Source: Rhizodiscina lignyota
Taxonomy: Eukaryota
Length of the DNA stretch: 64,000 nt
Assembly: GCA_010015805.1 (NCBI GenBank)
Contig: ML978125.1
Location: forward strand, 744,001-808,000
Direction: 5' to 3'
This document shows positions 26,087 to 36,420 of this stretch, one piece after another; the stretch's first letter is position 1; each line of letters begins with the position of its first letter. Below the pieces are notes generated by a model that made no database searches, was not told the DNA's origin, and saw nothing but the letters and a program-made list of their open reading frames with translations. Made by a program: the position numbers and the translations under genes.

Positions 26087-28970
26087 CTAGGCAACCATGG
26101 CCAGTGGAGAGAGTACTCTGCCCTGTACCTGTCGCCAATTTGACGACGCACCACCCTCAATGTTTCTTCTTAACGACGAGAATGAGTGTATCCATCCACC
26201 ATGATTCGGTCGGGGGCCCATGCGGGCGCAGCGCTCGGCGTGGACGGATGTGAAGCCGACGGCAACCATGACTATCTTGCAGAGCATGTACAATGTCAGA
26301 ACCGAGGAAGGTAGCAGACTTGAACTTGCGATGGCTGCAGATGCAGCCAATACCAACACGGCTTGTAGCATGCTCGAAGAGAAGACAGAGTGACCCATAG
26401 CGAAGCCAGCAGCACCCTAAAATGTAGAGCAAATCAGTAAATGTTTTGAGTCTCACGTATGCGTACAGGATAACTTACCGGTGGAACAGCCCACAAAGTC
26501 CCGGCAACATTGCCGCCTTGCGAGAGTGGCTTCTGCCCGTCGTGCACGTGCGGATTGTGGTGGGCGTCTTGCGGCGAATTCGTCGGTTCTGGCGGCGAGT
26601 ACAGCTCGCTGCGACCATGATTGCGTCCGTGTGGTGGATCTTCGTCGTGGAGAACGTAGTGAACTGAGGGATGACGGCGGGTTTGATGAACCGCATCGGT
26701 GGTTTGGCTCGCTTCCGAGTTGAGACTGGAGGTCGAGCTGCGGAGACGTGTCCGGGTGAGTACAGCGGATAGATCTGTCGGAGGGGATGAAGAGCTGGAG
26801 AGCCCGTTCGTAACTCCGCGTGGAGCGCCGCTGGGCGAGGTGAACGACGTGCCAGTGTCGACAAAGGTATTCCTCGGGTCGACTGGCGCGGCCCTTGTGA
26901 TCTGACCTGCAGCGAAATCGCTCGTACTACTGTTGGGTCGTAAGACCTGGAGGAGTGGTGTTGGTCGATCTGGGCGATCGCGCTCTGAGCCTGAGTCCGG
27001 ACTTGCGCCGCTGTCGAGATGGAGTACCTGTTGCGTTTGTAGAATCGTACTCTCCGTCGTGGTGAGTAGCGAGAATCTACTGGTCTGTAGGCCTTGTGTG
27101 CTCACTCTCGTAGCCTGCAAGCTGGAGATTCCACCAGTCGACAAGTGTTGCTGCGAAGCCGCCGCTGCGTAATAAGACGGCAGCGGCGTGATCATGCCGC
27201 TGCTGGTCTCATCTCGAGATATTACCTCGCTGTTGCGGCCTGACCGCATGGTCATGCCGCTGCGGGTCTCATCTCGGGATATTACTTCGCTGTTGCGTGT
27301 TGATCTGGCATCGTGCGTGAGTACTGCCCGTGCTCCAAGGCTTGAGCCTGGAGCATCGCTGTCTCTAGATACTGCTGTCATGGCCTCGTGTCTCGGTAGA
27401 CCTGGTACATGATCTTGCCGTGATATCACTGCAACTGTCTCTGGTCTGGATAGACCAGTTAGGCCGCCTTCGCTTAGTAGATGAGGTGCGTCGCCTTGCT
27501 CTAGTACCCCTGGTACCTCTCCTCGACTTGTCATCCTTGATGACACCTCGCCTTGGCTCAGTACTCTCGGTACCTCGTCCTGCCTTAGTACACCGGGAAC
27601 ATGCCGTTGTCTTAGTATGCCAATTGCATCTCCTTGTCGGAGTAGGCCAGCTGTTGTCTCGCCACCTGGTGAATTGCCGCTGGATGTTGGGCTGAGTACA
27701 ACCGAGCCGCCTTCGCTCTCGGCCGCTCTTATCTTTGGCTTTGTGTGTTGCGAGTGGTGTTTCGCGACAGTGGTTAGCTTTGGCACACGGCTATATACTG
27801 GAACTTCCGGCTGTTCATCTAGGAATTGCTCTTCCCCTTCGCCACGGCTGAAATCTACAAAGTCGAACATTGGATCTTGCAGCATCTGTTGATCAAAGAA
27901 GTCGACAGGTGGGAGAGCATCCACGTCCGCAAGGATGTCGTCGGTAATGAGATCAGAAAACTCAAAGGACTCCATTGATGCAGGCCACAGCACGGACGAA
28001 GGCAGATCGGGTGCTGGTGCTCCTTGAGGAGATGCGAGGCTTCCGAGGCTCGGAGTCGTCGCTGTTGAGGACTGCTCTAAAAAATGGTTGCTGGGCGCAG
28101 GCGCCGCAGACGGTTTCGAACTCGATGCTTTGGACACTTTGCGAGCTTTTCGGACTCCATGCGGAGGGCTGTCAGACTCTGAACTCTCGTGGTCACACTG
28201 CAGCTTGTTAGTGACATGATCGCTTCCAGCACAAGCAAACTGATTGAGTGCAGCAAGCGCAATTTGCATTCGTCTTCCTAAACGACAAGACATGCAAGAC
28301 TCAGTGACACTCACCTTTCTTCGGCGGCGTCTGCACTCAGCGCAAGCACCATCAAGCCTCTTCCTCCTGTACTCCTTCTTCTCAGCTTCCGTCATCGCCC
28401 TCCTGGTGCGGATTTTCGGTTGCGCAGTGGTCGATACGCTCCACACACTGGTCATATCCTTGATGCTAGAAGCCATGGAGCTCGGCACCGCTGAAACTTC
28501 TTGAGTTTCGGTAGCCGGAGTAGAGGGGAAAGTGTTGTTGAAAAGCGATTCGGGAGATGGCAGATATTCTGGGGTCGTATGCATAGACCCGTGACTCGGT
28601 GCAGCTGTCATGGGAGGAGCGGCAAACCACGCTGGAGATGGCATCGTGGCGGGCACCGTGAAAGATGATGCAGCGGAGTCCTATTTCATCATCAGACACT
28701 GGTGCAATATTCACAATTGAAATCGAATAAACTCACGGCCATGGCCTGCTCGGTATCACGCTCTTGCAGATGGAACTCGATGACGGCTTCCCGCACGCGC
28801 TCCTTGTGGGTCTTGAACTGCGGAAACGCCTCTTTCAGAGCCTCATACAGCTCATCGGAGTCTTTCGGAGGATAAAATTCAACAGGCCTGGTAGCGTCGA
28901 CCTCGCCGTTCGCATCAGGTACACGAGTGATAAAGAAACGGCGTTCTGCCGGCATCACGGGTGAAGGCAT
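26087..28970 (-). CDS. Putative transcription factor with truncated Zn-cluster-like motif (CAECRRRRRKCDH), internal repeats and hydrophobic C-terminus (4 exons)
   Basis: Frame-consistent GT-AG introns 28681-28736, 28198-28314 and 26417-26478 join ORFs 28692-28970, 26434-28656 and 26087-26398. Basic region RTRRAMTEAEKKEYRRKR precedes CxxC. Confidence 0.75.
27192..27297. repeat. Coding direct duplication, 46-nt core with 60-nt period (RNSEVISRDET[R/S]SGM x2)
   Basis: 27192-27237 and 27252-27297 differ at 3 positions. Confidence 0.9.
27343..27651 (-). repeat. Degenerate 27-nt / 9-aa coding tandem repeat (~11 copies, consensus ~PGVLRQGEV)
   Basis: AGLLRQGDA IGILRQRHV PGVLRQDEV PRVLSQGEV ... PGVLEQGDA PHLLSEGGL TGLSRPETV AVISRQDHV PGLPRHEAM TAVSRDSDA. 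Confidence 0.75.
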
Positions 28971-30658
28971 GATGAAGTCAAATGGAAAACTGTTTTGATA
29001 GATTGGAAATGTAATCTTGATGGTTTGGGGAATAAAGGTGTCGGTCGGTGGTAGTGTGATGAGTAAAGCAATCGCGAGCTGCGGAACGTCTTCGAAGGGT
29101 TAGGCTCGTGGCGAGCAAAGCTCTCGTCACCAGGACTGGAGTGAATCCAGACCAGTCGGAATTCGACTAGAAGCCTCGAAATGGAGGAGGGAATGAGATG
29201 ACGATGGATTTCCGCGCGATGGAGCAGTTGTTGGACTCATATAACTTTGCAGGCACCAAGGCAGTGTTGAAGATGGCACCCGCTGCGCTTTGCCCTTCCA
29301 GGACACAGTTTGGGCGCGCGCGGTGTCTGAAAGCGGTGTCCTCATTCAGCTTTGACTCATCCGACCGCTCCATCGAATCGCATCCACGCATTTGCGTAAG
29401 GGGCTGCTCGGCCATCCCCAACTGAGCGTAAGCTGCGGGCGGTTTGCGGGGGGGTCCAGCCAAGATGCTAAGCCTGCGGCACGTTTGAGAGAGAAAACCT
29501 GAAGGCTGTGCAGCGGGAAGGCCGCGAAACGATAGATACGATATGCCAAATGAATGCCGAGCTTGACCGGCGCTGGATAGAGCTTAATGTGTCCCCAGTT
29601 TAGCCAGGAACCGACTGAGGGCTAATCAAGATCAATTGAAGGGGTTAATTGACATTATGTGAGTCCGCGGTTTCCCCCACCTTGATGGATTGAAGTACTT
29701 CGGGATTTCCAGACACCAACCTCGAGTACGGAGCCTTACATTAGTGTTGATCTCAGACCTTAGGAAGAATCTCAGTGCATGCACTAAAGACAATTGAACG
29801 TTCGAAAGCGTCAATCCTACGATTCCAGTGGTGGTTGTGAAGGACGGTTTGATGTACTGGACCGAGTTGTCTTCTCCCATCCTATCGTTCGAGGCCCCAT
29901 TGACATGAGGATGTCCTGCATTCGACTTTTGCAATCCCCTTGCATTTCTGGACCCTTCATTATTCCACATTGCGTAGGGCATCTCTCACCAACCGCTGAA
30001 TACACATATCGTAAGATCTTATCGTATCTTATCAGCCACTGTGGCTCCTGTGGCTGTGGTCCGCCCTGCGCTAGAGGTACTTGATTGATCTAGCTTCGTT
30101 AGTGGACCTGTTAGGCATTTGAAGAGGAAACAGAGCGTCCAATACTCTGTACTCAAGCGACTTGCTTTTTAGTGGACGAATTTTGAAGGGCCAGCCCGGC
30201 ACAAAAGAGGTAAAGGTGACACAGAAGAGCAGAAGCCATACGATAAGAAGGCCAAAACGAGAGAAATAGATTTTTTGAAGAAATTCTTACCTTCTATGTT
30301 TTAGATAAGTTTTAACGTCTACTTTTGCTCAATTCTACTTGGTCAGTCCACTGTGTTCTTTCAGCTTTTATTATTATTTCCATTTCTTGTCCTGTACTCC
30401 GTAGAGCTTCAACCAAACCTTAATCACGCCAAGATTGATTCCGGGCCAATACTTTAACAGTGAGAAGCCAATCGGAGGAACGACACTAACTCCGTAACCA
30501 AGGCGCCTGCAAAACCCGTCCCCTTACGGAGTACACGAAGTTAAGGAGGAGCTCCGGGTCGATGATGCAACGACTTTGAGCGGTAAAAATCCAGAGACTG
30601 CAATGGAACCGCACATACTTAATTCTAGTCACTTTCGCATCAACGTCTTCAATCCGTT

Positions 30659-31704
30659 ATGGCGGCAAAGAACCATGTCGAAAATGTAGCCATTGTGGGC
30701 GTAAGTAGTCCTCAAAAGTGTGGAGGTGTGAGGGCAAACGGCTACTGACCTCTGTAAAGGCCGGCGGGAACATGGGAAGCTACATTGTCAAGGCGATGTT
30801 GAAAGAGGGCAAGCATAAAATCATCGCTATCACCCGCGCCGACAGTAGCAGCGAGATGCCAGAAGGCTTGACCGTGAAGAGGGTCAACTATGATAGCCCG
30901 GATGAGTTGGCCGAGGCTCTCATGGGCCAGGACGCTCTCATAATCACCTTGAGTGGTATCGCGCCTCCCGAGCAGCAGATGAGACTCGTCGAAGCAGCCG
31001 CCGCTGCCAATGTCCGCTGGGTCATGCCGAGTTGGTTCGGTCCTGATGGCAAGAATGAATCACTACGAATCGATACGATGCTCGATGGCCATATCACCCC
31101 TCTTCTGAAGCGCATTGAGGAGCTTGGAAAGAGTTCCTGGATCTGCCTTGCCTGCAGCTTCTGGTATGAGTGGAGCCTGGGTGGCGGTGCTTGGGGATTG
31201 GGCCAGGTTATGTACGGGTTTGATCTGAGAAACCGCACCGTCACTTTCATCGACGATGGTATGACGAAGATCAACACCTCAACGTGGCCACAGGCGGGCC
31301 TTGCTGTCGCACGCTTGTTCAGCCTGAAGGAGAAACCGGATGGTCCTGACGACAAGAGCCCAGCACTCTCCCAGCTCAAGAACGATTACGTCTATGTCTC
31401 GTCGTTTCTCGCAAGTCAAAAGGACATATTTGAGTCGGTGCTCCGAGTGACTGGTACTAAGGAGGGTGACTGGCAAGCGAAATATGTTGACCATGAAGAG
31501 CGGTACGATGAAGGGGAAAAGCAGCAGCAAGCTGGCGACCGCATGGGATTCGCCAAAGTGCTGTACACTCGTGTCTTCTTCCCGAACGGCGATGGAAATT
31601 TCGAGGCTAAGTATGGCCTCCACAACGATATCTTGGGTTTGCCAAAGGGGAACATCGATGACGCTACCAAGGCGGCTTTCGAATATGGTCAAGTCCCGCT
31701 GTGA
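30659..31704 (+). CDS. NmrA/isoflavone-reductase-like oxidoreductase (CipA-like; 2 exons)
   Basis: First exon MAAKNHVENVAIVG plus intron 30701-30759 gives the Rossmann motif VAIVGAGGNMG. Also AITRADS, VRWVMPSWFG and CSFWYEWSL. Confidence 0.88.
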
Positions 31705-31785
31705 GGGATGGCCGTATGCTGTTGCGCGTTTCTGTATCTCAGATAGTGGCGACCTGGCGATTGGTCGGGTTATTAGACCCAGAAC

Positions 31786-32289
31786 TTAGTCAGCGCAAGA
31801 GGTAAAGCGCATCTTTTGGACTGATATAAATTTTCTCACGCTCTGCGAACTCGAACAACGGAAGAGATGGCCTCCACTGAATATTTGCGTGTAATCTGTA
31901 GGTGGCATCGTGAAACTGAAAACATGACTTTCGTCTAACGTTGCTCGACTCTTACAAAGTTGCTCTATGTCTCCATCGCTCTCAAATAATCGGATCGACC
32001 TCCCAGGCCATTTCGATGATTTCTCTGTGAAGCTGACAGGGCGAAACTCTAACATGCTCAAAGCATTGTTCTAGGTCCATGTCACGACACTATCTAATTC
32101 GTTCAAAGCGAGCCATTGCCTCTGATTGCGGGGCGCAATCTCATCCCAGATCAACAAACAAAGAGCGCATGTCTGAGTGCTGCGCACGAGGTCCGTCACG
32201 CTCTTGTGGTGTGGGAACCAGGGTAGATATCCGTCTTCAGGATCTGTTGTAAAGATGGACTGACAACACGGACAAAGCTCAGAGTCCAT
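31786..32289 (-). pseudogene. Relic of the N-terminus of a HET-domain-type gene
   Basis: MDSELCPCC...HHKSVTDLVRSTQTCALCLLIW resembles the Cys/His N-terminal region of fungal HET proteins. In-frame TAG at 32071-32073, then the same frame continues to 31786. No HET core follows. Confidence 0.5.
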
Positions 32290-32342
32290 AATGATGTCCT
32301 CTTCCTCTCCATCTGGGAGGGCGTCGGGGGCTGGAAACTGGA

Positions 32343-32690
32343 TTGTATAATCATTTGGGTAAAAGACAGTTGTATACCGAAGACGACCCTTACCGACATG
32401 CCGCGATTCGGAAATGGTTCGACCCTTGCTTTACGCCTGCTGCTGTGCTGAAGCATGAGAAGAGAGTACAAGGCATTGCGACGCATCTGTTAGCGCGACT
32501 ATCAGCTCAAGCAGCCAGTCACAGCAACGGACCGGTGGAGCAGGACGAGAACTCTGGAATAATCGAGTTGAATAAATGGTCTCCTTGTTGTACGGCAGAC
32601 ATCACCACTTCTTTTGTCTTCGGTAAAGCCACAGGTAGCCTAGAATCAGGTATCTTCACGACAGTACATTTCTGGACGACGGTGAATTGA
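32343..32690 (+). pseudogene. Cytochrome P450 gene fragment
   Basis: DPYRHAAIRKWFDPCFTPAAVLKHEKRVQ...LLARL...ELNKW...TADITTSFVFGK resembles P450 helices C-E. No ATG/membrane anchor, ExxR or heme motif seen. Confidence 0.65.
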
Positions 32691-33812
32691 CGATGATATC
32701 CAGGTCGCCCTCCGTCATGGCCCATACAAGTCCCCAGGCTCTTCTTTTGGGCGGTATATCCTGATCTCTTAGTCAATTTGAAGCCTACATGACCATTGAA
32801 TCATGGACAGGCGAAAGCGATGTCACCCTGAACAATAGGTACGTTACAACGGTGTTCGGCAGTGAACCATCGTTGGTAAGAGGTGTGCTGATGCTGATTA
32901 TACGAAGCCGGACAAGAAAGATCGGCCTCCAACGTCCAGACCACCATTCATTCGTCATTGAAGTCGGCCACGAGCTGTCACCGGCATACATATAGTAATC
33001 TTTCGGAGAAGTATGTCGTACGGGCTCCGCATCGGCCGAACAATCGCTACTCTATGGCTCCATACGCAGTATGCTTAGAGTAGGCACAGGAGCTTGAATG
33101 GGTCATTGTCGTCCACGTCGTCCACGTCGTCAATGATGATGTGATCGCGTAATGCATACTGGCGAGGTGAGGTGGAAACAAGGTTCTCACAAACACGTTT
33201 GAAGTATGAGGGAACAGCCGGAGGGTTACCATGTCAGCGCCAAGCGAAGAAGGGTTAGTGTCGACATTATAATCACAGCCTAAAAACTTAGATGACGTTG
33301 CGATCTTGGACCCCTGATGTGTCTCGTGCTCTAGAGTTTTCGACTCTTCTTCAGGTCTTCCTTTGACTATGTAGATATGCGCGTGAGAATTGCGAGATTA
33401 CTTTTGGATATCTCAAGCGGAACTCAATTGAGCTGTCTGACAGCCTCGTAATGGGAAAAGAAGCGCTGGACATTGGCGGGCTGTGCAAGCAGCTTTCAGC
33501 TGCGATCTGCGACTCCCTGCAGATTGTGGCTCGACGCCCGACTCAGCTTGAAAAACCTGGAAAGTCCACCTTCACTGTCCTTGTGTGTAACAGAGTCTAC
33601 GTTCGATTTGCGCCTTGAATTTCCGTGACATTGACTTTACGACGTGGCTGGACCGAAGCCGCCTCGGACTTGCTGCAATGGTGAGCTCAATCCTTTGGTT
33701 TCGTGCGGCTTCCTTTCCATCATCCATCTTGAACAAAGTGTTTTTCTGACACAAGTTAGCAATCGTAGGCTCGTAGATCTTCTCGCGACGGACAGTATAG
33801 ACTTGCAGGACG

Positions 33813-36420
33813 ATGGCGTCCAAAGTTCCTCCACCCGAAGTCGTAAAGGACCCGAAATCCTCGTCGATTCAGGCTGGAGGTGGCAATCCTCTCACCTCGA
33901 CAAGCGCGTCCAGAGTCGTCGGCGAGTTCGATCCCGTAGTTGCTTCGTATATTAAGGCGATATATGATGCAGAGCTCAAAGAACATGGATTTCAGAACAA
34001 GAAGGAGATACAAGAATACTGGCGTCATGCACAAGGGGATGAAGCTGTGATACCAGCGAGCTATCGCAAAGGCCAGCAACTGAGCTTTCAAGAGTATGGG
34101 CATATGCTTCAGACTGCGAATGCACTTGCAAATTTGGGCTCTGAAGCACAGAATTTTGACCAGCCGCTGTCGAACTACTTCATCAGCTCGAGCCATAATA
34201 CGTACTTAACGGGCCATCAACTATACGGAGAGGCTACGACAGATGGATACAAGAACGTTCTTCTTCGAGGCTGCCGTTGTGTGGAGATTGATGTCTGGGA
34301 TGGTCATGAGTCTTCAGAATCAGACGGCGAATCCAGCTCGTCCAGCTCGTCGGACAACGAGAAGAGCCCCAGAAAGGACAATTGGAAGAAACGATTAGGT
34401 ATCGAGAAACTAAAGCGAAAAGCTTCTCGAGGAAAGGCAAACAAGATAGTCATGCCTGAAACTCCAGAGACTGAAGAGCAGAAAGAACTTCCCCATACGC
34501 CAGAGCGGTTGCGGTCGAATTCAAATCGAGCCGAGCCCGTTGTTCTGCATGGTATTATGTTCGGGATGAGAAAATGCAAAGACGAATGCTTACACGGATC
34601 ATAGGCTATACAGCAACCAAAGAGGTACCATTTCGAGAAGTCTGCCGGACCATTGGAAAATATGCGTTCCTATCCAGGTGTGGCGGCTTTCTTCGTACCA
34701 TTCTCTGGGATTTTGCTTATACTAACTTGCATTTAGCCCACTACCCGTCATTGTGAGTTTAGAAGTGCACACAAATCTGGAACAACAACAGATGATGGTG
34801 GACATCATGAAAGAGGCATGGGGCGACAGGTTGTTCGAGCTCCCGAATGCAGATGAAGATATCGCACTTCCAACGCCTAATTCACTACTTCGGAAAATCT
34901 TGATCAAAGTCAAGTACTCTCCTCCAAAGTCATCTTCGAACGACAAGCCGTCCGAAGTGCCAAATAGACCAGGACCACCATCTGTCGCGTCAAGTTCCGA
35001 CGAAGAGCAAAACGGAGCACAGCTGGAAGGGAAGCCTGCCGCTCCAAGCAAGATTTGCGAAGCACTTAGCTGCTTAGGAGTCTATACACGGAGCTTCCAT
35101 TTCCGAGACTTTAGCCAACCAGGTGAGGCGAACCGCGCAAATTGGTTACAGAAGGGGGTCGACAAATCTACTCACGAGCTGTAACAGAAGCGAAGATACC
35201 AACGCATGTATTCTCCTTATCAGAGAACAAATTCATGTCTGTACACGAGCGAGATGCAGTTGGCTTGTCAAAGCACAACAAGGTATGATGATGTCCGGAT
35301 GCGAGATTCGGGTGACCTAGGACTAACGGGAACAAGGACTTCTTAATGCGAGCATACCCGAAAGGCCTTCGAGTGTCATCATCAAATTTAGACCCCGCTA
35401 TCTTTTGGCGGTATGGCGTGCAAATGGGTGAGTGATATGCTACTGCACCGCACTCAGGCTGCGCGCAGTTTGCTCACGACAACGACAGTTGCATTGAACT
35501 GGCAGCATTGGGATGCTGGATCAATGATGAATGAGGCAATGTTCGCTGGCTCTGGCGGCTACATGCTGAAGCCTCCAGGTTACCGTGGAGGCTCGAAAGA
35601 GACAGACGGGAAAGACGTCGCACCAATTCGCTACACAGTAGACCTTTCTATTGAGTATCTTGCAGCACAGAACATCCCCCTTCCCCGAGACGATAAGAAG
35701 GCTTCGAGCTTCGAGCCATATGTAAAATGCGAGCTGCACGTCGAAACGCCGGAAGAGCGGAGGGCAGATGCAATTCCCGGAGGCGCGAAGGCGAAAGACG
35801 GCGAGTTTAAGCGGCGAATGAAGACATCAAAGGGCCAGAGCCCAGACTTCGCGCGTGAGACGGTCGAGTTCCGTGGTGTTCAGGGTGTGGTGCCCGAATT
35901 GACTTTCGTAAGGTATGCTCCCCACTCTCCTTCCAAACTTCATGTTCGATTGTTGTTGGGCCGGAAAGATGCGCCGCATGAGGAGTGATTCATTATCGCG
36001 ACAAACGGCCAGACGCAGCGGGTCGTCCCGTTACGCAACGTAGAGACGTGGGACTGAGCCACACTTAGCGCGCATGATATATTGTGCTGCCGAGTTGTGG
36101 GAAATGTTTTGTCGGATACTCGTGCGATGGCGGCACCGATCGGAGAATTATTTCATTGCATGCAGCAAACCGTGGCTCACGGTTTTCCCCACAGCGTCTC
36201 TCTTCTACTCTGTAATGGACAAGTACTGACCAAGAGGGAACATAGATTCAAGGTAATGGATGATGACTCCTTTAGACGGGACGAACTTGCTGCCTGGGCG
36301 TGCATTCGTCTTGATCGTCTCCAAAGAGGGGTTCGATTCGTGCACTTGTTCGACAGCAACGGAATCCAGACCAATGGTGTGCTACTTGTCAAGATTCAAA
36401 AGGACATGAAAACCGAATGA
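33813..36420 (+). CDS. Phosphoinositide-specific phospholipase C (X, Y, C2 domains; multi-exon)
   Basis: X-box [24 protein letters not shown] and EPVVLHG. Y-box [15 protein letters not shown] and VALNWQ. C2 domain ending [19 protein letters not shown]. Confidence 0.92.

Noticed and set aside
33108..33131. GTCGTCCAC x2.7 tandem repeat
   Set aside because: Short simple repeat with no further structure.
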